A stretch of 63,232 nt of DNA, the filler included, from Octopus bimaculoides (taxonomy: Eukaryota), in assembly GCF_001194135.2 (NCBI RefSeq). It is 5 parts of 4 records of this genome, joined end to end, with 100 filler letters (N's around TTAATTAATTAA, not from the genome) between each part and the next. Parts side by side here need not be neighbours in the genome. Positions count along the whole stretch, not along the records: positions 1 to 26,997 come from NC_068983.1; 4 more parts are not named here. One strand, 5' to 3'. Position numbers and translations under genes: made by a program. The number at the start of each line of letters is the position of its first letter. The stretch's first letter is position 1. Positions 1-12,765 of the stretch are shown piece after piece. The notes under the pieces were generated by a model. It saw nothing but the letters and a program-made list of their open reading frames with translations. It was not told where the DNA came from and searched no databases.

Positions 1-224
1 GGCACATAAAAGACACCATTTCGAGCGTGGCCGTTTTCGTGCGGGTGACACGTAAAAGCACCCACTACACTCTCTGAGTGGTTGGCGTTAGGAAGGGCAT
101 CCAGCTGTAGAAACTCTGCCAAATCAGACTGGAGCCTGGTGTTGCCATCCGGTTTCACCAGTCCTCAGTCAAATCGTCCAACCCATGCTAGCATGGAAAG
201 CGGACGTTAAACGATGATGATGAT
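1..224 (+). mobile_element. 3' UTR of RTE-clade LINE with (GAT)n tail, young copy
   Basis: Homologous to the 3' end of the RTE at 26750-26997; only 2 mismatches versus the copy at 21858-22064. Confidence 0.8.
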
Positions 225-362
225 ATATATATATGTATATATATATTCTGTATATGCGCTATAATTTTTTTATTTTATAACATATTGAGTACTGGGTTGA
301 ACTGTGATCACCTTCATCCTTCAGTAAAGAATTTCACAAAATATTATTTATATATATATTTA

Positions 363-765
363 TTTTATCTTTAATCTGTTTCTTGTTTCATCACTTATTA
401 GACTGTGACCATGCTGGGGTGCCACCTTGAAGAAGTTTTAGTTGAATGAATTGAGCTCAGTACTTTTTTTTTAAAGCCTGATACTTGTTCTATCAGTCTC
501 TTTTGCTGAACAGTTAGGTTGTTGGGATGTAAACACACCAACACCAGTTATCAAGCATTGGTAGGGGACAAACACAGACACAAAAACTCACACACATAGA
601 TATATATATATAATGAGCTTCATTCAGTTTCTGCTGACCAAACCCCCTTACAAAGCTTTGGTCAGCCTGAGGCTATAGTAGAAGACACTTGCCCAAGGTC
701 CCCTGCAGTGGAACTGAATCCAGAATAATGTGGTTGGGAAGCAAGCTTCTTACCACAAAGCCATG
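363..765 (-). mobile_element. tRNA-headed SINE, family A (bipartite with internal microsatellite), decayed
   Basis: Reverse complement of the family best seen at 53012-53444 (GGCACCTTGGGCAAGTGTCTTCTACTATAGCC core, GAAACAAGTAAAAG tail). Confidence 0.75.
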
Positions 766-923
766 TCTAGAATAATCTCTCTCTGTGTAACAGTTGCATT
801 GTCCCAGACATGTGAGCTGTACTCTAATGAAGTAACTTTCCTCACTCATATGAGCAGCATAACACAATAATTGGTTCGTCATTTTTAATTATGCAGACAA
901 TTGACACAGAATATATCAACAAC

Positions 924-1315
924 AGGTACAGGCATAGCTGTGTGATTTAATAAGTTCAGTTCCTAACCACATGGTTCCAGGCTCAGTCCTACTGTGTTGC
1001 ACCTTACACTACTATAGTCCCAGGTTGACCAAAGCCTTGCAAGCAGATTTCATAGATAGAAACTGAAAAAAGATATATACATACGTGTGTGTGTGTGTGT
1101 GTCTGTGTGTCTGTGTATTTGTCCTCCACCACTGCTTAACAACTAGTGTCAGTCTGTTTATGTCCCTGTAACTTAGCAGTCCAGCCTAAGTGACCAGGCT
1201 TCAAAAAATAAGTACCAAGAGGCTTTTTTCATTCAGCAAAAAAAAAAACCCCTTTCATGGCAGTACTCCAGCATGACCATTGTCCGATGATTGAAACATG
1301 TAAAATATAAAAGAT
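924..1315 (+). mobile_element. SINE family A, decayed
   Basis: Head, (TG)n middle and tail are collinear with 53012-53444. Confidence 0.7.
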
Positions 1316-2391
1316 AATACAATGAAAAGACTAACCAAAAGAAAATGTAGTACATGTATGTGGTGATGTTCCAGCATGATAGGAATCACAATGGTGTGAA
1401 TGAACTAAGAATCTAAAAGAACTCTATTAATTGATCAAATCTACTATCATGAAAAAGAATGCAACAAGTATTTCCTGTGGCTCTAGATGCAGACAAGATT
1501 TGCACTTAAATGGTGGATACCACCACTTGTAGACAGAATCTCAATTATATAACATTGTCTTGTTAATGGTTCTAAAGAAAACAGTATTACTGTGACAGAA
1601 AACAGAAAATGGTTTAGTATATACTACATAGTAAGGTGGTCAGGAGACTTCTGTTTTTGCTCAGTTTTCTTAATGTTTACATTAATATTTGGAATTTGTT
1701 ATTTAAACTTTGTTTTTCTGTTGCTTTTAAAACCAAATTCTGAAAAGTTTGGAAATAAATGTCTAAAATCTAAAATGACTGTCAAGGCAAATAATTTACT
1801 AATGTCAGGCATCATTTCAAAGATAATGCTAGGAATACTACCTTCTCTGCATAAAGCAAATTCCAGAAATATATTTCTAGTTTCTTGATTCTTCTAACTA
1901 AAGAGTTTTACATTGTAAATTGTTTAGTTTTATAACCAATATAGGATATGATGAGATGGCTCATATTTAAACTATACCAACTGAGTTCTTATAAGTTTAA
2001 GTGTATATATCAGCGACAGAGGCAGTATTAATACTGAGAGGTAATATTTATCCCCACTTAAACATGGATATTCTGTTAGAACAAATGATACTGTGGTAGA
2101 TATGTAGATGTACTGTTTCTCTCATGGTATCTATTACAGTATAGTTTGTTCCAACAAGACATCCAGATTTAAGTGAGCATAAATATTACTTTATGAGTTC
2201 AATCCACTGCTGGTATTTTGTAGTATCTATGGGCAACGCATTTCTTTCTATATTCTTCAGTTAATCGAGCTGTTGAGAATAGTTGCCAGAATTTCTACCA
2301 ATGCTACCTTGATAGAACAGTGTCTTATCCAGAAAAAGATTTGGTTTTTAAACTTTTACTGTTATAGAAACTAAAATTAAATACCAGTTGT

Positions 2392-2545
2392 AGCAGGCAT
2401 GGCTGTGTAGTAAGGAGTTTTGCTTCCCAGCCACGTGGTCTTGGGTTCAATACCACTGTATGACACATTTGGCAAGCGTTTTGTACTATAGCCCTGAGCT
2501 GACCAAAGCCTTGTGAGTAAATACGATAGTTGGAAACAGAAAATA
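2392..2545 (+). mobile_element. SINE family A, 5' half
   Basis: GCATGGCTGTGTAGTAAG...ACTATAGCCCTGAGCTGACCAAAGCCTTGTGAG matches the family A head. Confidence 0.65.
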
Positions 2546-2560
2546 TAAGCACCTGTCAGT

Positions 2561-4440
2561 ATCACCATCAGCATCATCATCATTTAACATCTATGTTCCT
2601 TGCTGGCATGGGTTAGATGGTTTGGCAGGATCCAATGTATCCAAGGACTGCATCATGCTCCAGTGTCTATTTTGACATGAATTCTACAGCTAGATGCCCT
2701 TCCTAATGCCAATCACTTTACAGCATGGACTGAGTGCTTTTGTCATGCTACCTATACTATTGAAATTGCCATACATCTCACAGAACTAAAAACCCTAGGT
2801 GGGGTAGGGTAATGCAAGTTCTTGTAGAGGATTTGCATGACTAGTCACATCTAGTTGGGGGAAGGAGAGGTAAAAAGAAAATGAACAATATGAGCTGCAA
2901 GAGATGAAGTTGATGGCACACCTAGGCGCAAGGTAAGTTGATGAATTGGTTTACGATTTTGTAAGGGAAGGAGGATGAGAGGATGGGGAGATAGACTGCT
3001 AGGGTAGGATAGGAGAGTGGATGAGCAAGAAGCTATGAGTTGCGGGAAGCAGAAGGATGCAGAAGAAAGGAGGGAGAGTAAGTAGCAAGAGTAGTAAACG
3101 TAATACAGTTGTCAGAGTGGAGTGAACAAGAGGGAGGGATGACATGGTTGGTAGTGTGCAAGATTCAGGATGGGGAATAAGAAGCAGGCCTAATGCATGG
3201 GAGGTGGGGAATGAGTCGTTGTAACACGGACGGAGAGTGCAATGCATGACACTTTCAGAACTCAGTTTCACTAACAAAGGCAGATCTTTTTGAGGACCTC
3301 ATATCACCAGGGATCCCAGTTCAGTCCTTTGTCATCTTCTTCATCAGGTTCAGGGCCCTGAGGTTAGCCTTAATCACTTCACCCCATGTTTTCCATGGTT
3401 TCCATTTTCCACAAGTTCTGGCCACATTTAACAATCAGCACTTTTTTCCTCAGCTGTCTTCATCCATACACATCACGTTTCCACACCAGTGCAGTCTTCT
3501 TTCTTGCACACAATAACTAATTCTTCTAATACCCAGTTTTTCACTTGGCACCTGTGTACTAATTCTTTCAAGCACACTCACATTGCACATCCAGCAGAGC
3601 ATGCTCACTTCATTTCTTTCCAGTCTTCTCAGGTCCTCTGTGTCCAAAGCCCATGTCTCACTACTATTCAGCACTGTAGTTCTGACACAAACATCATACA
3701 GTTTGCCCTTCACTCTTAGGGAAAAGATCTTTGTTGTTAGCAGTGATTGTAGCTCCTTGAATTTTCTCCATCCAGTTCTCACTTTCAGAGCAACCTCCTC
3801 TTTTGATAATTACATCTCCTCAGTAACAAAGCTATCTGCTTACTTCTCGTTAGCTGAATGAGCATTTAAGAGACTCAGTTTCTAGTATACTCATGTGAAT
3901 TGCTACAGTACATCTACTGCATACAAAGACTACATTTTCAGATAGTCTTCCAGTGAGTCCACTACACCCTTTGTGTGTCTATAGCATATATAATGTACTC
4001 CTTTTTTTGCATATCAAGCAAGACTTCTCAATTCCAGGTTTAGCTTCAATGTCAAGGATTTTGTCTCTAACTCCTCTGCAATCACCTATAGGACCATGAG
4101 GAATAGGAGAGGACAGAGGCCTGAACCTTGATGGACTCCTACCTTCATGCTAAATTCATCACAGAAGTCATTGCCAATTTTCACTTTACTTGTGCATCCT
4201 TGTACATAGCTTGAACCATCTGCACAAGCCATTCATCTACCCCTAGTTTCCTCAGTACCCACCATATTACTAATCATAATAGCCTTTCAAATGCTTTCTC
4301 CAAATTAATAAAAGCCCAGTATAGCAGTTTATTTTTAGCCAGGTATTTCTCCTGTAGATGTCTCAGTAGAAAGATTGAATCTGTGGTGCCTCTTCCAGGG
4401 ACAAAGCCAAACTGCATCTTAGCTAGGTCTACTTTATCAA
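2561..4440 (-). mobile_element. 5'-truncated, decayed RTE-clade LINE (RT C-terminal part plus 3' UTR), antisense to TMEM245
   Basis: ORF 3450-3782 (WRKFKEL..LL....SLRVKGKLYD.CVR...L..SETW...ERRLHW.G.V) is homologous to the 25900-26230 region. A QFGFVPGRGTTD-like sequence lies near 4380-4420, and the reverse-strand GAT tail is at 2561-2583. Confidence 0.8.
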
Positions 4441-4662
4441 AGATCAATTGATCTAGAACTTGATCTAGAAATTTGTTTCTCTATAGCTGTGCATGAGTAT
4501 GTTTGTGTGTTACTATCTCCTTGTCTTGGCTTCATGTGATAGTTGTAAATGACTTCCACCATCATGCAAATGGTGTCCTTCATTTCCAGTCTTCCATGTC
4601 TGGTCTTGGGGAATATTACTTTACATGGAAATAAGTAAGAGGCAACAAGAAGGCATCCTGCC

Positions 4663-4985
4663 TGGCTCTCTGTCAGTTATGACAATGAGTGTTCCAGTTG
4701 GTTCAATCAACAGAACAGCTTACTCATGTAATTAACGTGCAAGCAGCTAAGCACTCCACAAACATGTGTACCCTTAACATAGTTCTCAGGGAGATTCAGT
4801 GTAACATGAATATGACAAAGCTGGCCCTATTGAATTACAGGTACAACTCATTTTTGCCAGCTGAGTAGACTGAAGCAATGTAAAATAAAGTATTTTGCTC
4901 AAGGACACAACATGCCACTGAGAATCCAACTCATGACCTTATGGTCATGAGCAGAATATCCTAAACATTAATCCATACACCTTCA
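4663..4985 (-). mobile_element. SINE family C, decayed
   Basis: Reverse complement of the 19730-20040 type; collinear with 30322-30625. Confidence 0.7.
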
Positions 4986-6004
4986 TCCAGCTTTTGGAAA
5001 TCTGCCTCAACAAATTCCATCCATCCCATGTCAGCATGAAAAAGTGGATGTTAAAAGATCATGATGAAGAGTCCAGTCCCAAGAACCACATGTAATTTTA
5101 GGAAGATAACCTATTACCTTTTGACAAATATGGGGAAAACTGGTCATCATTAATGTAGTGTTGAGTATGTCTCTATTGATACATGAAAAACAAAACTTCA
5201 AAACAAAAGCAATGTGCCATTATTCTACTTCTACATGCCTTAAAATGTAAATATAACTTTTTTCCTTAATGAACAGCATTTAAAAATCTAATCTAAAGTT
5301 AACATTTGTATTTTTAACTTTTGCAGAGATGATTGAGTTGTGATATCTCCTTCATAGAAGTCTTCTCTTTCACAACTACCATAAACTTTATATCAGTTTA
5401 TGAGATCAGGGATATATATAGTTCAAAACAGATGTGATCAATATATTTTCACCTGTGCTTTCTCTTCTTCATCATATATTTATTCTAATTAACTCCATTT
5501 TATATATGTGTGTGTATATATATATATGTGTGTATATATATATACACACACACATACACACATTGATACATACGTATACATCATATGTGTACGTGTGTAT
5601 TTATGTATGAAAGTATTTTTATTAGATATCTTCCAGCTAAATCAGTGATATCTGCTATTTTCCTTCAATATCTTGTAATCAGTTCAGTATTAACATATTA
5701 GCTATGTGTTGAAGCCAGTTGATCACTGTATGCATGTTACATATGTTCTAAAATAAAAAAGCACATACACATGTAAGATGTAATCACCATAATGTCATAT
5801 ACATATATACATATTGATAGAAAGGTAGACAGATTGATAGACAGATACATACATATATACATACATGCATATATTACATGCATACATATAATCTTATTCT
5901 ACATATACATATGTTATCAATTCAATCTATGTTAGGTTGTGGCACTGTAATCAATTCAATATGTTTGTTGTAATCAACTTAACATTCCACTTATATGTGA
6001 AGTG

Positions 6005-6045
<41 letters not shown>

Positions 6046-6499
6046 TGTATGTGTGTGTGTGTGCACGCGCGCTTGTGCACATGTGGGTGTGTATGTGTGA
6101 GCGACATAATCATTTCAATAATAGCATAATAGTAGTGTGCAGAAGTTAAGTTTTAAGATAATCTTCTGTCAGTTGCTGTACAAAACTACAAATTCTTTTC
6201 TTCAGCCTTATATTTCAGTGATAAGTGTTTTCAGTTGTTATTTATGGCTTGGCACAACATTTTATTAATGTGATTGAATGTATATAAAAGAGAACAAAAC
6301 TCAGAGAGAGTAAGAGGAACAGAGAGAAATATAGGAGAGAGATTTAGAGAGAGAGTGAAGACGTGGTAAATTCTAGTGAGATACAATCAAAACTCTATAG
6401 ACATTAATACCAAGTAGAAGATGAGGTGTAATATTTATTTGTTTGTTTTATACAGCTTATTCAGAAAGAGTAACAATGACCAGCACAGGCCTTTTGAGA

Positions 6500-6749
6500 G
6501 TGGTGAGAATAACAGGAGTTCATGTTCAGTTTGAATGTCTGTAACTTAATGTTTATTGGAAACACATGGGCCTAGTGGGAGAACCATGAAACTGTTTAGT
6601 TTAGAAGAGCAGAGGCAGAGGCTTTTGTAGCAGCAACAGAATAGAAAGCACATCAATGGGTCAGAGGTTGGAGTATGTCGATTTTTGAATCATTGTCGGT
6701 CAGTCAGATCTTCTTTTAGATATTGGATATTGGATATTCTCTAAGCTAG

Positions 6750-6785
<36 letters not shown>

Positions 6786-7100
6786 ACAGCAGTGGCACTA
6801 TCTCAGATGTAGGAGCAGTACTTGATTGTAGGTCCTACTTAAGCCATGTGATGGGTCAGCAACACATCATGACTGAAGTGCTTGTGTCTAAATAGGGAAA
6901 TCTAGCCTTTGCGATGCACTCTTAGAGATAGGGACATCTGTAAACCAGTGGTTATAGTGTATTAGTTCTTTGTTTTTGTTTTTCTTTCATCACTTAATCT
7001 GGCTGGAAAGAGCAGTGCTGATGATGTTTTATAGAGTCATTCAACATTGGTGAAAAGGAGAGACAAAGGTATCATCAAACTGGATACTTGGCCTGAATTC
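6500..7100 (-). mobile_element. Highly decayed CR1-group (CR1/L2/Crack-like) LINE ORF2 C-terminal remnant
   Basis: Manual minus-strand translation near 6790-6900 gives ISLFRHKHFSHDVLLTHHMA*VGPTIKYCSYI*DSA, resembling the L.R....F....LL.LYKA.VRP.LEYCS.IW motif. Boundaries are approximate. Confidence 0.5.
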
Positions 7101-7541
7101 TTGTAACAGAATGAACTCTGCTAAAGATACTCATTAACAGATTAAGGCTATTATCAAAGTAGGTTACAGTAGGATATGAACTCAGAATACATTCCTTTAC
7201 ACAAGGTATCTTGTCAAATGCTCTAACAGTTCTGCCAGTCCATTGCCCTAAATTGATACTTCATTTATGAATGATGAGATTTTGTCATTCAGATGTAGGC
7301 CTTTTTATGGAAGCAGTCTAAGATCTTTGTGAATGTAGCAGCCACATCACTGAATCATATATGTAAGCAGTATTCCATTGTGAATTTTATTTGAGCTTTA
7401 CAGAATGTCAACTATTGAACAGAACTGGAGATTTTCAGTAAGTGTTGATGTATTGGTGTATCTACATGAATATAATAAAAAAAATTAGTGATGTTGCTTG
7501 ACAATAAGACTCTCATAAAACTGTTGTTTTCTCTTCTTCAG

Positions 7542-7664
7542 GTGCTGGAATCAGTTTGGCTGGTGTTGAAAGGCAACGTCAATTTAGCCTTTTCTTTCGT
7601 CACTGCGGTTTTATCATTACTGTTTGGTGGAGGCACTGCCCTATTGAATTTCATCATCTCAGCT
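7542..7664 (+). CDS. TMEM245: TMEM245-like internal coding exon A (VLESVWLVLKGNVNLAFSFVTAVLSLLFGGGTALLNFIISA), phase 0/0
   Basis: Acceptor ctcttcttcag|GTG and donor GCT|gtaagc; 123 nt. The peptide matches my recollection of vertebrate TMEM245 (ILESLWIV...LF.SGTALLNFVLS) and joins in frame to the next exon. Confidence 0.9.
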
Positions 7665-8217
7665 GTAAGCAATACTTTTTTGTTTCCTTTTCTACCTCCT
7701 ACCTCTCTTGTTTACCCACTCACTTTCCTTCTTTCACTTCTTCTCTTCTTCCCTCATCTTCTTCTACATCCTCCCCAGCAGCACCACCGCCACTACCATC
7801 CTTTCCTTTTCTGGTTGTTTCTAAAGAAAAGGCAAAAAATATTTCAAAATGTAATAAAATGGAAACGTCCAAATAACCTCAACTTGGTCAGAAAATCTGA
7901 ATATGAAGTGAACTCAATCTGAAGTAGAAAATCAGAATTATGATGGGTTTGCTTGCCACATCATGGCCACAACCAACTAGCAGGAATCTGTAAATGAGGT
8001 ACATGAGAATCAAATATTGACAGTAACAATGTCTTTTATTATCATTTATTCCCTTTCTCTTACTCTCTCATCCATTCATATACACACATACACATAAAAT
8101 ATACACATACATTCATATTAACATATCCTCCACTCATCTGCAAGTATATATTTATCACTGTATAAATGTACACATAATTCATATTCACACACATTCATAA
8201 AAAGATATGTAGCCAAT

Positions 8218-8290
<73 letters not shown>

Positions 8291-10539
8291 TCAAATACAT
8301 ATATGCCAAAAACTATGTATGCACAATACATTCAAATACACAAATGCTTCCACAAACAAACTTACATGCATATATAGGTACATACATAATTATATATCTA
8401 TTACAGAGATTTATATATATATGCACATATATACCATCATGTAAACATATGCACCCACATAAATACATACACATAGATATTCATGTATGCACACACATAC
8501 AGATGAAAGTGCATACATATATCTATACATTATTGTATACATATATGCATGCACACATATATTCATGTATATACATCACTGATATACATGCAGATATTTA
8601 TCCATACATGCCATGATGGTGATGATAATATATGCACTTATAATAATAATAAACATATATATATATATANNNNNNNNNNNNNNNNNNNNNNNNNNNNNNN
8701 NNNNNNNNNNNNNNNNNNNNNNNNNNNNNNNNNNNNNNNNNNNNNNNNNNNNNNNNNNNNNNNNNNNNNNNNNNNNNNNNNNNNNNNNNNNNNNNNNNNN
8801 NNNNNNNNNNNNNNNNNNNNNNNNNNNNNNNNNNNNNNNNNNNNNNNNNNNNNNTATATATATAGTTATTTGTATGTAATCAAATTAATATAGAGAGCTC
8901 ACAATTTATCATCAATAATATATTTTTTTAAAATTATTACTCTCTTTCACAGTGTTTCATATTAACTATAATATTCTGATGACATTATGTAATATTTTCC
9001 ACAATAATAAATAATAAATTTTGCTTTTCTCTACAATTTTAAGATGTAACACCTGTTAATCATACATATACAACCAAATGAATGAAAGAAAGAAGAGGTG
9101 GGAATGATGCAACAATGCTGTTATTGAGAGGAAATAATCATTTAAATTCTTGTAAAATGAAAAAAAGATTAGGTATCTTTAAAATTTTGAATGTCTGTAA
9201 AATAGATAAATCAGTAAGATTTAAGAAAGGAAAAGTCTGAGTGCATCATCATCATCATCATTGTCATTATTTAATGGAACAATTTCATTTTGTCTATCTC
9301 TGAAGTGTATTGTGTTTTTAGCATGCTATGTCTGTGTAGAAATTTAAACCCCAACTGTGAAGTTATAAGTTCATGATTATGAGTAGGCCACTATTGTATC
9401 ATGCAAGTTCATGTAGACAACCTAAGAATTGACCAATGAGCTTGAAGCTATACTGTGAACAGCTTGAACGTTCTTGTGATTTGCACCCTTTTTCACTAAT
9501 TAAGCAGTTTAGCACCTAAATTATTGTAGAATGTTGATGGTGGCCAAAGGATTCACACACCTCATCTCTTGCCAGTCAGAGAGTGATGTTGACATTCAAG
9601 CAGGACAGATTTTCACACACACACACATCAACTAAGGGGAAAAAAAGTCTTACTAATTTGAGGTGGACTCATATCCTTTGTCTTTCACCTTCCAGATAGC
9701 AAATGGCCAGGCAGATACAGTTAAATCCATTCCAACATAACTGTTCTTGTAACCAGTGAGAATTTGATAATTTATATACGCATTATGCATAGCATTCTCT
9801 TAATAAAATCTGTTAAACATTTACAAGTTTGCTTTTGTTGTAATAAAAGCAGCCAACCTGATCTTACATCCAATTAATAAAGATACAACATCAATCTTTC
9901 TCACAACTCAACTCTGCAAAAATGGTAACTCAGTGAAGAAAGACCTACAATGAACAACAATGTAACAGTGGTCTCCAGCAAACATTTATACAAGCTTGCA
10001 ACATCTATAAAGGAATCTTTTCCTGGACAACAACTGCAGCCTCTGTCATTTTAACAATACACATACATTAAGTATACCATGTTGATAAAAATTTCAGTAA
10101 AATAATGTTACATTATCTCTTATGGTAGTAGTAATATCTGAAATGTTGGTTATGTTACAGAAGTATACCTATATTGAATATTGTTTCAATTGAGATCTGA
10201 CTAAATCCAGCAAAAAATTGTTCATATGAAGTAACCATAAAATAAAAGTGGTGACATTGACAGCAATGAAATGCTATTTTTAGTTTTATTTGGTTAGAAA
10301 TTCATACTATAGATACTATATATTTTCTTATACTCCCCCTTCTATATCTTGAGAACTCTTATCTTCTCCTCAGCTACTCTCACAGTAGCCATGTATCTCC
10401 ACTATAGCAAGACATCTGTTCTTGCCCTCTATCATTCTTTATCTACTCAACAAATGGCATAAAACCCCCTTTCTCAAAATACACTCCCTCCACTTAGTCA
10501 AGAGGGTTTTTGCCTTTTTATTTTTTCCTCTCTTGTAAG

Positions 10540-10740
10540 TTACTTGATGACTTCACTCATGCTAGAGTCATGAAAAAAGCACCCAACACACACTGTAAAA
10601 TGGTTAGCATTAGTAAGAGCATCCAGCCATAGAAACCATGCCACTGCTGACACTGGAGCTCACTGCAGTCCTCTAGCTTGTTGGTTCCTGTCAAATCAGC
10701 CAGCTCATGCAAGCATGGGAAATTGACATTAAATAATGGT
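10540..10740 (+). mobile_element. RTE 3' UTR fragment, decayed
   Basis: AAAAGCACCC...GCATCCAGCCATAGAAACCATGCCA...GCAAGCATGGGAAATTGACATTAAAT matches the RTE 3' end. Confidence 0.65.
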
Positions 10741-10930
10741 TTCAAATTTTGGTAAAAGGTCAACAACTTCCAGCAAGGGGTTAAGTCAATAACACCAACC
10801 CAGTGTTCAACTGGTACTTATTTTATCAACTCCAAAATGATGAAAGGTAAAGTCTACCTCAGCAGCATTTGATCTCAGAATTTAAAGCATTTTATCTGGC
10901 ATGCATAATGATTCTGTCAGCTTGTCACAA
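10737..10930 (-). mobile_element. SINE family D (CORE-like), decayed; a further partial copy lies at about 10985-11065
   Basis: Reverse complement of the GAGGTCGACTTTGCCTTTCATCC...AATAAGTACCAG core. Confidence 0.65.
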
Positions 10931-11156
10931 TTCTGCAAGCTTGCCACCCTACAGACATTAAATAATGATGGTAATGATGATGAGTACTCGACTGGTACTT
11001 ATTTTATCAACTCCAGAATAAAGACAAAAAAGGTGACCTCGGGGACATTCACACTCAGAATGAAAATAACATAACTAAATTATCACAAAGCCACTGCTTT
11101 GCCATTTCTGTTCATTCACCCACCTCCCATCAAACAACATTTTATTTTGTTTTATC

Positions 11157-11345
11157 AACATCATCATCCTTTAATGTCCATTTTCCATACCAACATGGGT
11201 TGGACAGTTTGACAAGAGCTGGTAAGGCCAGGGCCCACACCAAGCTCCATTGCCTGTTCTAGCATGGTTTCTATGACTGGATGCCCTTTGTAATGCCAAC
11301 TGCTCCACAGAGCATACTCGGTGCTTTTTTTAAGTGACCCCAGTA
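11157..11345 (-). mobile_element. RTE 3' UTR fragment
   Basis: CATCATCATCCTTTAATGTCCATTTTCCATACCAACATGGGTTGGAC is the reverse complement of the RTE tail. Confidence 0.7.
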
Positions 11346-11430
11346 TAAATTCTATATGAATGCTATTTTAATACAGTGACTTTTTATAACTCACACTTTG
11401 ACATGTTTCTTCCAATTTTTCTTTATTCAG

Positions 11431-11567
11431 GCCATATTTTTAACAACACTCTTTTACTTACTGGCATCCAGTGGCGACCAATATAAACCAGTTCAGTGGT
11501 TCACTGCATTTGGTTCACCCATACAAGGTGGCAACAACATTGGTCAAGCAGTTGAAGACGCTGTTGG
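11431..11567 (+). CDS. TMEM245: TMEM245-like exon B (AIFLTTLFYLLASSGDQYKPVQWFTAFGSPIQGGNNIGQAVEDAVG), phase 0/2
   Basis: Acceptor tttctttattcag| and donor GG|gtaact; 137 nt. Matches IFLTTLFYLLSSS..YKPV.W as recalled for TMEM245. Confidence 0.92.
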
Positions 11568-11685
11568 GTAACTTCTGAATTTTTAACTTGTAGAAACTTG
11601 TTCACAATTTCATTTTGATATAAAAATCATCTCCATTGCTGTCATTTTATATATGCTTTTCCAAGTTGCTATAGTTTTATGACAT

Positions 11686-11847
11686 AGGTGCAGTAGTGGC
11701 TGTGTGGTAAGTAACTTATTTACCAACTGCATGGTTCCAGGTTCAGTCCCACTGCATGGCACCTTGGGCAAGTGTCTTTTACTATAGCCTCAGGCCGAGC
11801 AAAGCCTTGTGAGTGATTTGGTAGACGGAAACTGAAAGAAGCCCATC

Positions 11848-11879
<32 letters not shown>

Positions 11880-12077
11880 TTGTACCCCCAACATCACTTG
11901 ACAACCGATGTTGGTATGCTTACATCCGCCATAACTTAGCGCTTCGGCAAAAGAGACTGATAGAATAAGTACTAGGCTTACAAAGAATAAGTCCTGGGGT
12001 CGATTTGTTTGACTAAAGATGGTGCTCCAGCACGGCCACAGTCAAATGACTGAAACAAGTAAAAGAATAAAAGAATA
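11686..12077 (+). mobile_element. SINE family A, complete
   Basis: Collinear with 53012-53444 from head to the AAAAGAATAAAAGAATA tail. Confidence 0.8.
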
Positions 12078-12087
12078 ACAGTCAACT

Positions 12088-12280
12088 CTGCTGGCAAAAA
12101 TGAATAGTTCTTGTATTTCAAAGGGCCAGTCTTGTCACATTCTGTGTCATGCTGAATCTCCCTGAGAACTATGGTATGCATGTTTGTGGAGTGCTCATCC
12201 ACTTGCACATTAATTTCACAAGCAGGTTGTTCCATTGATCAGACCATTTGGAACCCTCATCATCATAACCAACAGAGTGC
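12088..12280 (+). mobile_element. 3' half shared by SINE families B and C
   Basis: TGTATTTCAAAGGGCCAGTCTTGTCACATTCTGTGTCATGCTGAATCTCCCTGAGAAC... as in 61935-62110. Confidence 0.7.
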
Positions 12281-12725
12281 CAGTATGTATAGCTTTATGA
12301 GTTTTGTTTTGTTTTGATATTTTTTCTTTGGTGGGTGGGTGAGGTTGATCTTGCGAAACCTTTGAGATCAATACAGTTAACATTCGTTTTAAACAGTTTC
12401 AAGTCATCAGCTGCAGGTAAAACATGTCCAGAGAAAGAGAGAGAGAGAGAATTCCAAAGATCTGACATTCTGGAAAAGGAGAAATGAGATTAATGGATAG
12501 TGCATGGTATGGATGAGTGGGATGGTAATATGGATGACGAGAAGAGAAGAGATGAGTTAGTCAGTAATTCATGAATATAGGTGGCATGAGACCTGCTAGC
12601 TCTGAGAAGCAGAAGTCATTTGAGTATTAGTATAAAAGCTGAGAGAGAGGAATCTGTGAACTAGAAATAGAAGTATGTTGACTAAATGCTTAGCAGTGAA
12701 GTGACCATTCTTTCAATACAATCTA

Positions 12726-12765
<40 letters not shown>

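Noticed and set aside
7488-7922. 144-aa ORF as a stand-alone membrane protein
   Set aside because: Only 7542-7664 is exon; the rest is intronic pyrimidine tract read through the splice sites.
9700-10050. Possible piggyBac transposase relic on the minus strand (NAMHNAYINY)
   Set aside because: Only one short motif among many stops; insufficient support without a profile search.
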